Assembly (NCBI GenBank): GCA_030635145.1 | Contig: DAOVZK010000004.1 | Coordinates: 34,497 to 98,496 of the forward strand | Length of the DNA stretch: 64,000 bases | DNA from: Planctomycetota bacterium | GTDB taxonomy: Bacteria > Planctomycetota > Phycisphaerae > SM23-33 | Reading direction: 5' to 3' | Shown here: one piece after another, positions 48,871 to 59,347 of the stretch | Layout: each line of letters starts with the position of its first letter | How positions within the stretch are numbered: position 1 is the stretch's first letter | The notes under the pieces: model-generated | Seen by the model: only the letters and a program-made list of their open reading frames with translations | Told to the model about the DNA's origin: nothing | Databases searched by the model: none | Made by a program: the position numbers and the translations under genes

Positions 48871-48901
48871 AGAAAACCACGCCCAGAGGACGTGGTTTTC
48901 T
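48871..48901 (-). terminator. Intrinsic terminator (possibly bidirectional) after the symporter gene
   Basis: AGAAAACCACG/CGTGGTTTTCT stem. Confidence 0.7.
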
Positions 48902-48992
48902 ATGGTTTAATAAAAAGCCAGCAGCGAAACATAAGAAAACCGCATGACATCTCATTCGTAAAATGCTCTGATGTTCAGTCAGCTACTATTAA

Positions 48993-50675
48993 TTAATAGC
49001 CATGCACTTCTTTCGCAAGAAACTTTTTAATATGCTCAGGTGTCTTATTCTTGGTGATAAGAGACACGATGATATTTGCCGCGACAGCCAAAGGTGCGCC
49101 TATCCATGCAAAATACCAGGGGTTCACATACATATTCATGAATTCTTTTGCAGGAAGTACAACACCATATTTACCGCACACAAAGTAAAGCAGTGCGAGA
49201 ATCGCAACGCCTGAACCGACAATAACGCCTGCCCATGCTCCGGTGCGATTTGAACCGCTCCACCAGATGCCCAGCAGGAACAGCGGGAATATTGTACATC
49301 CGGCCAGTGAGAATGCCAACGCAACCAACTGTGCGATCAAAGCAAGATTTAGCAACGCCACAATAGCAACGCCAGCTGCCATCAGGATTGTACCCGTTCG
49401 TGCCATAAGCATCTGTTTTTGCTGGGAAGCTTCAGGGTTGATTACTTTGAAATACAAGTCGTGGGCAAATGCAGATGCTCCCGCGACAAGCAAACCCGAT
49501 ACTGTTGAAAACGCTGCGGACACAGCACCTGCCGCCAGAAGACCGACGATTATCGGCCAGACGTCTCCTAGCTGGGCCGCGTAAACAACGATAGCGTCCT
49601 TCGCAAGTTTTCCGCCTTCAGGATTCGAAGACAGGATCTTTGCGTATGAGGCGTATACCGGAGCACTCCAGTAAAGCAGGCAGATAAAGAACAAACCCCA
49701 TACGACGGACCAGCGAGCATCTTTTGCACGCGGAACAACATAGAATCGCTGAATAACGTGGGGCAGACCTGCGGTACCAATCATCAGCGAGAAGCAGAGA
49801 GCCAACCACTGGAAAGCACTCATGCCCGTTGCAGGATCCCACGGCATGGCATATTCCGGGGATGGTAGTATGGCAAAGTCCTGGCCCATACGGTTCACCA
49901 GACCTTTCACCGGCTCGAGACCGTTTACGATGTCTGATACAACTCCACCATTACTTATCTGCGGAATAAAAGCGCAGTATCCGAATTTCTGGGCAAGAAT
50001 GAATAAGGGGATCATGAATGAAATTATAATAATTACATACTGAATCTGCATGTTCTTGGTAACACCAAGCATGCCGGAAATCAGCGTATAGGTAAGTACT
50101 ACTGATGCCCCGATAATTACTGCCCACATGTAATCAATTCCAAGGATCCATTTGAACATCAGGCCGATACCGGCAAACTGACCCACGCAATAACAAAACG
50201 AAATGCAGATCGCCAAAGTCGCACCGACGGTGCGAAGACCTTTTGAATAATAACGGTCGCCGATAAAATCGCTGGCAGTGTATTTACCATAACGCCTTAC
50301 CTGACTGGCCATGAGAATGAGCAAAAGTACATATCCGCCCGTCCATCCCACAACGTATGACAACCCGTGATAACCGGAACCATACAGAATAGCAGCCATA
50401 CCCAGAAAAGAAGCCGCACTCATCCAGTTCGAAGCGATAGCCATCCCCGCCCCCACCGGTGAAATCTTTCTACCTGCAGCCCAGTAACTAGACGTGTCTT
50501 TTGCCCGGTTGAATATACCGACAAGAATAAAAATAGCCAATATTCCGATAAGCAGAATAGCTGGAAATAGTTTGAATTTTCCTTCAAGTTCTGTTGCAGA
50601 ACCTGCGGCAAATACGTTGCTGCTTAAGCCCAGCAAGATTACCGCAAGAACACTTATTTTAATTAACTTAGACAT
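48993..50675 (-). CDS. Sodium:solute symporter, ActP/VC_2705-like
   Basis: ASNWMSAASFLG, GTAGLPHV and AAFSTVSGLL motifs. Confidence 0.9.
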   Translation of the reverse strand: MSKLIKISVLAVILLGLSSNVFAAGSATELEGKFKLFPAILLIGILAIFILVGIFNRAKDTSSYWAAGRKISPVGAGMAIASNWMSAASFLGMAAILYGSGYHGLSYVVGWTGGYVLLLILMASQVRRYGKYTASDFIGDRYYSKGLRTVGATLAICISFCYCVGQFAGIGLMFKWILGIDYMWAVIIGASVVLTYTLISGMLGVTKNMQIQYVIIIISFMIPLFILAQKFGYCAFIPQISNGGVVSDIVNGLEPVKGLVNRMGQDFAILPSPEYAMPWDPATGMSAFQWLALCFSLMIGTAGLPHVIQRFYVVPRAKDARWSVVWGLFFICLLYWSAPVYASYAKILSSNPEGGKLAKDAIVVYAAQLGDVWPIIVGLLAAGAVSAAFSTVSGLLVAGASAFAHDLYFKVINPEASQQKQMLMARTGTILMAAGVAIVALLNLALIAQLVALAFSLAGCTIFPLFLLGIWWSGSNRTGAWAGVIVGSGVAILALLYFVCGKYGVVLPAKEFMNMYVNPWYFAWIGAPLAVAANIIVSLITKNKTPEHIKKFLAKEVHGY

Positions 50676-50693
50676 TAAACTCTCCTTATAGAA

Positions 50694-51440
50694 TTATTTT
50701 TCAGTAAAACCGTATTTAGCGTTAATTTTGTCGATCAGTATTGCATAGGTAAGACATAGCAAGACAAAGAGGATCAACAAAAACTGAGCTGTGTACCAGT
50801 AATGGAATGGAAATCCCAAAAACTTTGCTTCAGTCAAAGGTCCACGGTTATGAACTAAAAAAAGTTCCATAATTCCAGGCAAAGCAACTTTACTTTTATC
50901 GCTTAAAACCGCTGGGTTTTCTGATTTAAGAGAAGTCGGCAGCAGATCAATCATCAGCTTATCAAAGCCCGTATCAGCTAAACCGATGGAGGCGGCGACA
51001 ATTTTGGTGTCTGCTTTACCCCCATTGTAATTTGCAAGTACCGCTTTTTTATCGGCTGGTAGTAGAGAGTTTACTGAGTAGCAGAGTGCTTCTTTCAAAA
51101 TAACTTTGTCTTTATCGCTAACAGCGATATTTTTACCAAGCACAGACAAAACCGATCTGCTGAACTGTTTCTGTGCATCAGCATCTGCGTTTCCGCTTAC
51201 GACGCTTGGCCACACCTTTTGGAATGTTTTATAAGCCGGTTCCGGTGTTGCTTTGCATGTATATAAAAGCAAGAACTGGAACCCGAATACCGCGACAAGC
51301 CAAATGACTAGCATGACAGAGATCAATTTCATGTCGGCTCGTGCGTGCGGCGACTTGGGCCTAAAAAAGTTAACATCGTACTTGCTGGGGCCAGAAGATT
51401 GAGGGTCTTGCTGATCTTTTCCCTGTGCATCAGTCATCAC
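50694..51440 (-). CDS. DUF4212-type SSS small subunit with a large internal insertion
   Basis: LVIWLVAVFG N-terminal TM and LGFPFHYWYTAQFL...YAILIDKINAKYG C-terminal motif. Confidence 0.75.
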   Translation of the reverse strand: MMTDAQGKDQQDPQSSGPSKYDVNFFRPKSPHARADMKLISVMLVIWLVAVFGFQFLLLYTCKATPEPAYKTFQKVWPSVVSGNADADAQKQFSRSVLSVLGKNIAVSDKDKVILKEALCYSVNSLLPADKKAVLANYNGGKADTKIVAASIGLADTGFDKLMIDLLPTSLKSENPAVLSDKSKVALPGIMELFLVHNRGPLTEAKFLGFPFHYWYTAQFLLILFVLLCLTYAILIDKINAKYGFTEK

Positions 51441-51623
51441 GTGACTCCTTCAGCGGTTAAATTTTCGATATAAAAATCCGGATTGTCCGTCAATCCGGAT
51501 TAAGAGACAAATTTGCTACAAACAGAAACAGCCGCATCCTCTATGGAATAAGGTAGAAAGTATATGAAATACGCATTAATTTGACAAACACTTTATCTCA
51601 GGTATATCAGGTATTTTTTATGT

Positions 51624-51783
51624 TAGAGCATTGAAAAGTTGAGAGTTCGTGTTTTTGCGATGCGGATTTGTTCGTGGCAAGGAAGAAATATGAGGCATAT
51701 TACCTATATTCTGAAATGTTTCTGACGCCGCCACGGGCAAAGCAAGCCAGTAAAAAGCGAACTGTCAAGTTTGATATGCTCTA
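51624..51783. mobile_element. MITE-like element with imperfect TIRs (TAGAGCAT...ATGCTCTA)
   Basis: The right end supplies the TAG stop of the upstream gene; internal GCAAGG..GCATA..GACGC pattern resembles 38215-38372. Confidence 0.5.
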
Positions 51784-54702
51784 ACCTGTCCCAGTGAAAT
51801 CAAAGCTGATTCGTTTCTGGATATTGGTGATTTGTGCAAAGGTTTGTTTGAGCATAGTTTCTTCAATATGCGTCAATTCTTTCGGATTTATGTTGTTGTT
51901 CGGCTGGGAGTTCTGACCAAGCATCTGGGTCTGATGTTTAAATCGCATTTGCATCAGATAGTTATAGGAAACAACCGTCTCGTCGTAATCAGCCTTTTTG
52001 ACTATATTTTTCTCGTATAGTTTGTCAAGGCGGTCCAGTGTGTTTGTTTCGTACACTCCGTTGTTGAGCGCATAAAGCCTCGCGAAGTTTACTATCGGAA
52101 GCATTGATTCTTTGATATCAAACGTGTTGGGCTTGTCACCCGATGACTCGAGAACAATCTTGCCGAACATTCCGATAGGCGGTTTGTAATTCAGAGCATC
52201 CAGTGCGAAATGCTGGAAGAACGGCGCATTGTTGTTCAGTAAGTTGAAGATATGCTCACGCAATTCAACTGCCAAGCCTTCTTCACCAAAGACCGAGCGA
52301 AAATCAAAAAAGATATTGAACTCTCTAAAATCCTGCGGTGCAGCTTCTGCTATCCACTCCTTGAACTGTTCCTTCCAGCCGGCTAACGGCATGCACCACT
52401 TTGGATTATTCGCCATCACTTCGCCGTTGCAGTACTTGTAGCCGGTTTCATTCAGCCAGTCGCAGACTTTTCCACCCAGCTTCAGGAAATATTCCTGCAC
52501 GCTGCTGTTTTGCTCCGCCGAAACATCTTCATAGATAATTGCATTATCCTGATCGGTAAACAGTGTCTGCTCTTGTCTTCCCTCGCTGCCCAAAGCCATA
52601 AAGGAGAACCGAACCGGAGGTTCCCCCAGCTCATCGAGAGCAAACTGAATGTATTTTTCAACAATCGAATCCGAAACCGCAGTAATTATATGCATAATGC
52701 TCTTGGATTTTGCCCCGCTTTCAACCAGGCTTTTGACCAATTGCGGCTGCCTCTTATGTGTCTCTACTATCTTATCAACAGAGCTGGCTGAATGGATTTC
52801 ATGAAACATGAATGTTGAAGAATAGCGATGCAGCAAAAGAATATCACTGTTGCGGACAATACTGCGAACCCGGCCGGTATTGTTTTTAACAGCGAGGTGT
52901 TGTACGCCATGCTCCTGCATCATTAAAATGGCTTCAAAGACCAAAGTGCTGTCAGAAATTGTGAGCAAAGGTGAACTCATGATCGTGCAGGCCGGACTAT
53001 TAACATCGATAGCTTTGCCTACCGCACGCTCACGAAGATCATGATCTGTCACAATACCAACAACATCTCCTGCTTCAGCAGTTAATAGTAATGCACTGTA
53101 GTCCCGCTTTGCCATCATTTCAGCAGCATTAGAAATTGACTGATTCATATCACAAAATATCGGCTCAGAAAGAAAATGACTTATCGGCTCATTCAGATAA
53201 AGCAACGAAGACTGTAATTCGGCGATCAGGCTTTCTTGCTCTTTCTGGATGTTTTTTTGTTCGGTAATATCTTCCACAATACCGTCATAATACCGAAGAA
53301 TCCCATTTTTGTCTTTGAACTGCACTACGGACAGTAGCACTGCCGGCATAGAACCGTCTGTCTTTTGCAGCTGGACGACTTTGTTTTCTATCTTACCTTT
53401 ATCAGTCAGTTCATTGATGAAATTCTTGCGGTCCGCGTTATCATGAAAAAGATCCAGCAAGTTCACTTGGCTTAAATCTTCAGTTGCTTCAATACCCAGA
53501 ATCGACAATGCCGCCGGATTAGCTTGTATCAATCGACTATGCCTGCCTGTTGTTGCGCGGAAAACGCCGATGTTGATAGCATTTGTTAATTGTGCATATT
53601 GTTGTCGCTGCTGGCCAAGTTCGTCTTCGACCTGTTTGTGCTGGCTGATATCCTTGGCAACAATGATGCTGCCGTCTTTGCCTGCAACCGATATGTTTGA
53701 CATCGCCATAACCACATCAAACACTGTACCGTCTTTATGTTTGAGTCTGGCCTCGAACTGGGCGGGGACTGGCTGGCCGTTAACGAAGTTTTTTAAATAT
53801 TCCCCCTTCGTCTCATCTTCTTCCAAATGCTCAGGCAGAATATCATGGATATCCAGATCGGCAAACTCATCTTTTGTGTAACCCAGCATATCCTGCATAG
53901 TCTGATTGGAAAAGACACACTTACCGCCCAAAGTCATGATTGTACCTTCAGTCGACGCTTCAACCAAAGTACGATACTTTTCACGTGACTGATGCAAGTC
54001 AGCTTCGGCATGTAAACGCTGTCGCTCTATTCGGAAGCTCTGTTGCGTAATAAAAACAAGCAACATAAAAATAACTCCCGCAATCACAAGCGATATTACA
54101 ACCAGCTTTCGGGTCAGCCGTGCAATCTCGAGCTTAACATCTTCTATGTAGATCCCCGTGCCGATAATCCAGCCCCAAGGTTCAAATCCCTTTACATAAG
54201 AGAGCTTTGGCACATCTTTGTCGGGGTCATCCTTCCACTGCCACGTATAGTCCACGTATCCTTGATTATTCTGCTTTACGGTATCTACAAAAGCGACAAA
54301 GAGCTTTTTTCCCTGCCTGTCCTTATAATCAGAAAGGTTCTTGCCTTCCAATTCCGGCCGATAGGGATGCATTATCATTTTCGGTTCAAGGTCATTGATC
54401 CAGAAGTAATCTTTGCGTTCGGGGCCGTACCGCAAATGTCGGATTTCTGCAATAGCCTGTTTCTTCGCTTGGGCGCGCGTCATCGTTCCTTTTTGTTCTT
54501 CTTGGGCATACCTGTCCAGAATGCTCCAGGCAGAATCTGTCAGCTTGCGAATCATCTCCCGCTTGTGATCCAGACTATTCTTCTCAAACGTCGGAACAAG
54601 AACAGCAAAGAATGTAAAAATAAATAAACCGATAGCAAGAATCGTCGGAAAAATGATCTTCATGAAAAAAACATAACCTGCTTTTTTTTTGCTTTTCATC
54701 AT
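51781..54702 (-). CDS. Membrane sensor: sCache_2 + 2 PAS + CBS pair + DUF294 nucleotidyltransferase + DUF294_C
   Basis: DYFWIND..MIMHP (Cache); two PAS regions; VGIVTDHDLR (CBS); LGSEGRQEQTLFTDQDNA and IFFDFR (nucleotidyltransferase). Confidence 0.88.
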   Translation of the reverse strand: MMKSKKKAGYVFFMKIIFPTILAIGLFIFTFFAVLVPTFEKNSLDHKREMIRKLTDSAWSILDRYAQEEQKGTMTRAQAKKQAIAEIRHLRYGPERKDYFWINDLEPKMIMHPYRPELEGKNLSDYKDRQGKKLFVAFVDTVKQNNQGYVDYTWQWKDDPDKDVPKLSYVKGFEPWGWIIGTGIYIEDVKLEIARLTRKLVVISLVIAGVIFMLLVFITQQSFRIERQRLHAEADLHQSREKYRTLVEASTEGTIMTLGGKCVFSNQTMQDMLGYTKDEFADLDIHDILPEHLEEDETKGEYLKNFVNGQPVPAQFEARLKHKDGTVFDVVMAMSNISVAGKDGSIIVAKDISQHKQVEDELGQQRQQYAQLTNAINIGVFRATTGRHSRLIQANPAALSILGIEATEDLSQVNLLDLFHDNADRKNFINELTDKGKIENKVVQLQKTDGSMPAVLLSVVQFKDKNGILRYYDGIVEDITEQKNIQKEQESLIAELQSSLLYLNEPISHFLSEPIFCDMNQSISNAAEMMAKRDYSALLLTAEAGDVVGIVTDHDLRERAVGKAIDVNSPACTIMSSPLLTISDSTLVFEAILMMQEHGVQHLAVKNNTGRVRSIVRNSDILLLHRYSSTFMFHEIHSASSVDKIVETHKRQPQLVKSLVESGAKSKSIMHIITAVSDSIVEKYIQFALDELGEPPVRFSFMALGSEGRQEQTLFTDQDNAIIYEDVSAEQNSSVQEYFLKLGGKVCDWLNETGYKYCNGEVMANNPKWCMPLAGWKEQFKEWIAEAAPQDFREFNIFFDFRSVFGEEGLAVELREHIFNLLNNNAPFFQHFALDALNYKPPIGMFGKIVLESSGDKPNTFDIKESMLPIVNFARLYALNNGVYETNTLDRLDKLYEKNIVKKADYDETVVSYNYLMQMRFKHQTQMLGQNSQPNNNINPKELTHIEETMLKQTFAQITNIQKRISFDFTGTG

Positions 54703-54802
54703 TTGATATATTTCCTTTGCGTCTGCCTGTTTATTTTAATTAACGTCCTTCGGACGAATTTTGTCAACTCCACTTCAAAACGGTGTCAACAAAGACAAAT
54801 TC

Positions 54803-55537
54803 CTATACAGTTAAATCATCCAAACCGACCAACTTCAAAAACGGCAATAGATGTTCTTGGTTTATCGTAAGCCCCGGATCCATAAGCCTTGGGGGAATCT
54901 CTCCGTGAAAATCACTGCCCGAACAAACCAGCAAGTCATTCTGTTTTGCACTTTTGAGCAATAGATGTGTTTCTTGCTGGGAATAAGGCTTATAGTTCGC
55001 TTCGATTCCTGCCAATCCGTACTCTTTCAATTCTATTAATAGATCGTCAAACTGCTGCTGGGTTCTGTATAAATATAGAGGATGCGCCAGAAAAACGTGT
55101 CCGCCCGCATCATGAATTAGCGATATGGCGTCTTCAAATGGTATTAAACATGCAGCTTGAGATAATTCATGTCCGCCTAAACGGCATAATATGGATTTAA
55201 ATTTATCAAGCTTTGCGTAAAACCCCGGATGCAAATGTTTATAGTTTCGTTCAAGTTCATGATGGAGTTGTTTATGGTTACTGTCAAAACCATACCCCAG
55301 CAAATGATAAATATGCCCTTGTTTATTAGCCGACATTTCAACACCGTTAATACATGAAATTCCTCGTCGTCTGGTGGCACTTTCAAATCGTCCAAGCCCG
55401 TCGATGTTATCATGGTCTGTCAGGGCCGCGTATTTTACCCCAGCATAAGCCAATTGATCCGCCAATATCTCAGGCGAAAACATTCCATCACTGAAATTTG
55501 AATGCAGATGAAAATCTATTTTAACAGCATTGCTCAA
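54803..55537 (-). CDS. PHP-domain metal-dependent phosphoesterase
   Basis: DFHLHSNFSDG, ALTDHD, LAHP and GSDFHG motifs. Confidence 0.88.
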   Translation of the reverse strand: MSNAVKIDFHLHSNFSDGMFSPEILADQLAYAGVKYAALTDHDNIDGLGRFESATRRRGISCINGVEMSANKQGHIYHLLGYGFDSNHKQLHHELERNYKHLHPGFYAKLDKFKSILCRLGGHELSQAACLIPFEDAISLIHDAGGHVFLAHPLYLYRTQQQFDDLLIELKEYGLAGIEANYKPYSQQETHLLLKSAKQNDLLVCSGSDFHGEIPPRLMDPGLTINQEHLLPFLKLVGLDDLTV

Positions 55538-55805
55538 CGGTGACCTCTAATGAAATATTTAACTTAACTTTCGCCATTCTACCATTCTCGCAATTCCAAA
55601 TGCAAAAAGAAAAAAGAATTGTTGCCCTATGCCAAAATTGAGGTGCTAAACGAATGGGGGATACTTGATCATGACCCCTTCCCCGTGAATTAGAGCAGTT
55701 AACGATTAAGATGCGACGTGGGTTGGCGAGGACAAGGTTGCCAAGGACGCTGAAGCAGACATAGTAAGCTATGTCGATCAAGCGGACGCAGACAACGCTG
55801 CCGTG

Positions 55806-58800
55806 CTACGATCCGAGGCGTTTGTAATATTCTTGCAGGGCCTCGCGATACTCGGCGGGAAATTTACCCTTCATTGCGTCGCTGATGTCGTCGCGGATTT
55901 GTTTAGCCCCGCCCGCCGACGTGTCGCCGGTGACTTCCAGCTTTTTACCAAACGATTTCCTGGCATCCTGCAAATTCGATATAACACCGCGCCGCCGTCG
56001 CAACGCGTTTTGATATTCCCCACGCTCCAGATCGTTCCTTACGCGGTTCATCAGCAGGATGGCTCGCGAGAGTTTGAACTTCGCGTAATTTCCCGTCTTG
56101 AATCGCACCTGCAGCCGCTCTGCCCGATTTACGATGTTCGCCTGTTTACCCGCCAACGCCTTTAGTTTTTGCTGATCCTTCAGCCCCGCCGGCACAGAAC
56201 CCTCAAGCCCCTCGGCCCCGGATCCGCTGAGTTTTCCACCGCCCGTCGCTCCGCCCGGGGGGTCTGTTGAAACGTCGTTGATTTGCCCCTTCTGGAAAGG
56301 GTCGCTGCTTAATCGCGTCGGAGTTCGCCGCCCGCCTTTCCCGACAGCTTTGTCTTCGACGTGCTCGCCCGACGCCTTGCCGGTTCTGCCTTCACCGCTA
56401 CGCCCGCCGATTTCGCTCGTATTGGGCAGCTGATTACCAGTTACACCCTGTGCGTTCATATTCGAGATCGGCCCATCGACCGCATCCCAGCCGATGCCTT
56501 TGTTACCACTCATCGCCGCCTTTGACGTCGTGTCGTCCATCTCCTCGAAAAGGTCTTCCTCTTCCTCGAGCAAATCACCGACGAGGTCTTCTAACTCGGT
56601 GGGAAGTTCTGCGTTTTCGAAATTTTCCTGCAGCTCAGGCGATTCCATCTCCCACTTTTTGCGATCCGGTTCGTCGGGCAGCCACTTTTCGATATTGGCT
56701 GTCAACGTCTTAGCGTTTTCGACGCCGTTATTCTCGCAGGCGGTTGCAATTTCGACGCTTTGTTTCGCCAACGCATCCTTCGCCATCGTCACATCCGTCT
56801 TGATCGACAGCAGTTCCTTAAGCAACGACGGATTTGCGAAATCCTGCTCGGCGAGCTTGGCGAAGTCGGCGAATTTTTCGTTGAGGAATTTCTCCCACTT
56901 ATCCTCGAGGCTCGCAAGTTCGTGGAGCAATTTTTTATCGGCGTCAGTAAAATCGTCGAGCGATTTTTTGTTCAGCCGCTTCGCCGCCTCGATAATCCTC
57001 TGATGCTCGTCGATGAATTTCGCGAGATCATTTTTCAACGCCTCGCGTTTCGCTTGCATTGCATCTGGTGACAGGTCGGCGGCATCCTGAGAATTCAACG
57101 CGTCGGGTTTTTTCGCAACAAGCGTCGGCATGATGGCGAGCATATCCTGCAGGGCATTTATTATGCTGTTTTGCGTTGCCCCCAGCGCATCGCATGGTTT
57201 TAAAAAAAGTTGCGAAAGATCGGTTACCCCCGCGAGAGCGGCGGCTTGCTGGACAGCGGTGGGGGCTTCGTTTTCGGCGAGCAGTGCGATGGCGTGTTTA
57301 ATGTCGAGCAGATTGCCATCGAACGGAAATTCGCTCTTCAGTGAGCGGAGTTTTGCGAGAATCGACTTTTGCCCCGCTTCGATTTCCGACGCCGTGGTGA
57401 GCATATCTTTCAGCGTTTTACTGCGTGATGCGATTGCCGTATTCACGCGATGTTGTGACTGAATTTTCAGCAACCGCAGCAATTCGTACTGCAACTGGTT
57501 GTATCGATTTTGACGCGATTTTGCGATATCCGCTTTGCTGCGAATGGTGATGGTGTACTTTTTCGTCATCGCCGTTTGCGGGTCGCCGAATTTTTCGCCC
57601 GATCTATTATCCGTAACCGTCGCAAAATAGACTACGGTATCGCCCACCTTACGCCCGGTGGGTTTCCACGTGTACAACGTTGAAATTTTCTTCTTCCCGA
57701 CGGTGGAGGGATTAAAATTTTCGACCGGTTTTGCTTTTTGCCCCGGTGAAGCGATCCAAAGTTCCAGACGCGAAATTCCGTAGTCGTCGGTCGCACGAAT
57801 TTTCATCGGCAAAACGTCGGTGGGTGAAATTTCGACATTTCGTTTCGGGGCGGTGAACTGAATTTTCGGTGCTGCGTCGGGAATTGCGGAAATGGGATAA
57901 AATCCATCCCCCTGCGCGCCGTTTTCGGGAAGTTGCAGCAACAATCGCCCCGACTTGCTGAAAAACTTGAACCGCATTCCACCGTTGGCCTCGACGGGGA
58001 AATTGGAGATGAATTCTTCGCCATTAGCGTCAGCGGCGAGTGCTGCTTGGGTTCCGTCGGAAAATTCCACAATGCCTTTTGCAACCGGCGTCTCGAATGC
58101 AAGATTAATTTTCACTTGCGAACCGGCCGGTGCTTTTATCTCCGCCGATACCGGATCGAGTTCTGCGGTTTTAGGCTGCAGGCCGGTGTAATTGGGATAG
58201 GTGTACTCCGCGGTAAAAGTTTTGAGCGTCGGGTGAATTATAGCGACGGTGTACCACGGTTTGTCGGTCGGCCAGCGGGAATTTTTATTATTGGTCTTGT
58301 CATGAATTCTGACAAAATATTGAAGTGGCTCTCGCACGTTTTTGATGTGGTAAATGAAACGCAATGTATCGGGCGACTTGTGCGAATCGGCGAACATGGC
58401 CCGCGGATGTTTTTGGCCTTCAATGACGACTTCGGGAATCAGCAAGTTTTTCGAAAGCCCGTCGTCGGAAATTGTCACCGCGATGTCGAGCGACTCTTCG
58501 GGAAAAACCGATGCGTCACCGGGCGAAAGTTCGATAAGTTTGATGTCGTTGACTGCGGTTACATACGATGTTGGCGACAGTGCGGCCTGGAGGCCTCTGC
58601 TGAAAATCGCAGGCTGAACGGCGGCGAAAACCAGCAGGGCGATAATTGCCGCTCCCGCCACAATTAAACGGCGGACGAGTTTCTTTTTGGCAGGGCGGAT
58701 GCTTTGGGAAAGATCGACGCGGGTGGCGTGGCGGTTAGATTCGTTGATGGCGAATTGCACCAGGTCGCCGCTGACTTGCGATTGATCTTCGGATAGCAGC

Positions 58801-59144
58801 ACGGAGTTGATCAGGTCGTTGCCGATTTCCGGGCAGGAGCTTTCGATGAATCGCGCCGTCTGTGCTGGATTCTGTCGGCCGAGAATTGCACGCAATATAA
58901 CCCAACCCGCGCCGCCAGTAAGAAGCAACATTATAAATCCGAAGAGGCACCACCGCAACGCCGATGGGGGCTGATCGCTCCAATATCCAAACAGCGACAC
59001 GAGCAGCAATCCGCCCGCGAGAATTCCAAGGCTTCCGACAACCACCGATAGTACCGCCGTTGTCCAGCGGCGGCGCTGAATTTCCCGAATCTGCGTTAGC
59101 AGGGCGTCGGTTCCGCGGTACTGATGTTTTTTGCTGTTACCCAT
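55806..59144 (-). CDS. Large membrane-anchored coiled-coil protein (DUF4175-like)
   Basis: N-terminal TMs, Ig-like DAAPKI/ATDDYGI segments and C-terminal PAEYREALQEYY. Confidence 0.7.
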   Translation of the reverse strand: MGNSKKHQYRGTDALLTQIREIQRRRWTTAVLSVVVGSLGILAGGLLLVSLFGYWSDQPPSALRWCLFGFIMLLLTGGAGWVILRAILGRQNPAQTARFIESSCPEIGNDLINSVLLSEDQSQVSGDLVQFAINESNRHATRVDLSQSIRPAKKKLVRRLIVAGAAIIALLVFAAVQPAIFSRGLQAALSPTSYVTAVNDIKLIELSPGDASVFPEESLDIAVTISDDGLSKNLLIPEVVIEGQKHPRAMFADSHKSPDTLRFIYHIKNVREPLQYFVRIHDKTNNKNSRWPTDKPWYTVAIIHPTLKTFTAEYTYPNYTGLQPKTAELDPVSAEIKAPAGSQVKINLAFETPVAKGIVEFSDGTQAALAADANGEEFISNFPVEANGGMRFKFFSKSGRLLLQLPENGAQGDGFYPISAIPDAAPKIQFTAPKRNVEISPTDVLPMKIRATDDYGISRLELWIASPGQKAKPVENFNPSTVGKKKISTLYTWKPTGRKVGDTVVYFATVTDNRSGEKFGDPQTAMTKKYTITIRSKADIAKSRQNRYNQLQYELLRLLKIQSQHRVNTAIASRSKTLKDMLTTASEIEAGQKSILAKLRSLKSEFPFDGNLLDIKHAIALLAENEAPTAVQQAAALAGVTDLSQLFLKPCDALGATQNSIINALQDMLAIMPTLVAKKPDALNSQDAADLSPDAMQAKREALKNDLAKFIDEHQRIIEAAKRLNKKSLDDFTDADKKLLHELASLEDKWEKFLNEKFADFAKLAEQDFANPSLLKELLSIKTDVTMAKDALAKQSVEIATACENNGVENAKTLTANIEKWLPDEPDRKKWEMESPELQENFENAELPTELEDLVGDLLEEEEDLFEEMDDTTSKAAMSGNKGIGWDAVDGPISNMNAQGVTGNQLPNTSEIGGRSGEGRTGKASGEHVEDKAVGKGGRRTPTRLSSDPFQKGQINDVSTDPPGGATGGGKLSGSGAEGLEGSVPAGLKDQQKLKALAGKQANIVNRAERLQVRFKTGNYAKFKLSRAILLMNRVRNDLERGEYQNALRRRRGVISNLQDARKSFGKKLEVTGDTSAGGAKQIRDDISDAMKGKFPAEYREALQEYYKRLGS

Positions 59145-59249
59145 CGGTGTTGATTATAACAACGCGGCGGGGTCTTGCATATTGCAGGAAACCGTATTGC
59201 GCAAAAAAACCGCCTGCGTTCCATTTGGATTCGCAAGCGGTTTTAGTTT

Positions 59250-59317
59250 GTAGGCCGGGTCTTGACCCGGCGGCTTTTTGATAGCACTTCACCTTGCCGG
59301 GTCGAGACCCGGCCTAC
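59250..59317. repeat. GTAG-type REP doublet
   Basis: GTAGGCCGGGTCTTGACCCGGC ... GCCGGGTCGAGACCCGGCCTAC. Confidence 0.8.
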
Positions 59318-59347
59318 TAATGCTGAAAAAACGTCCGCAACTGATCT

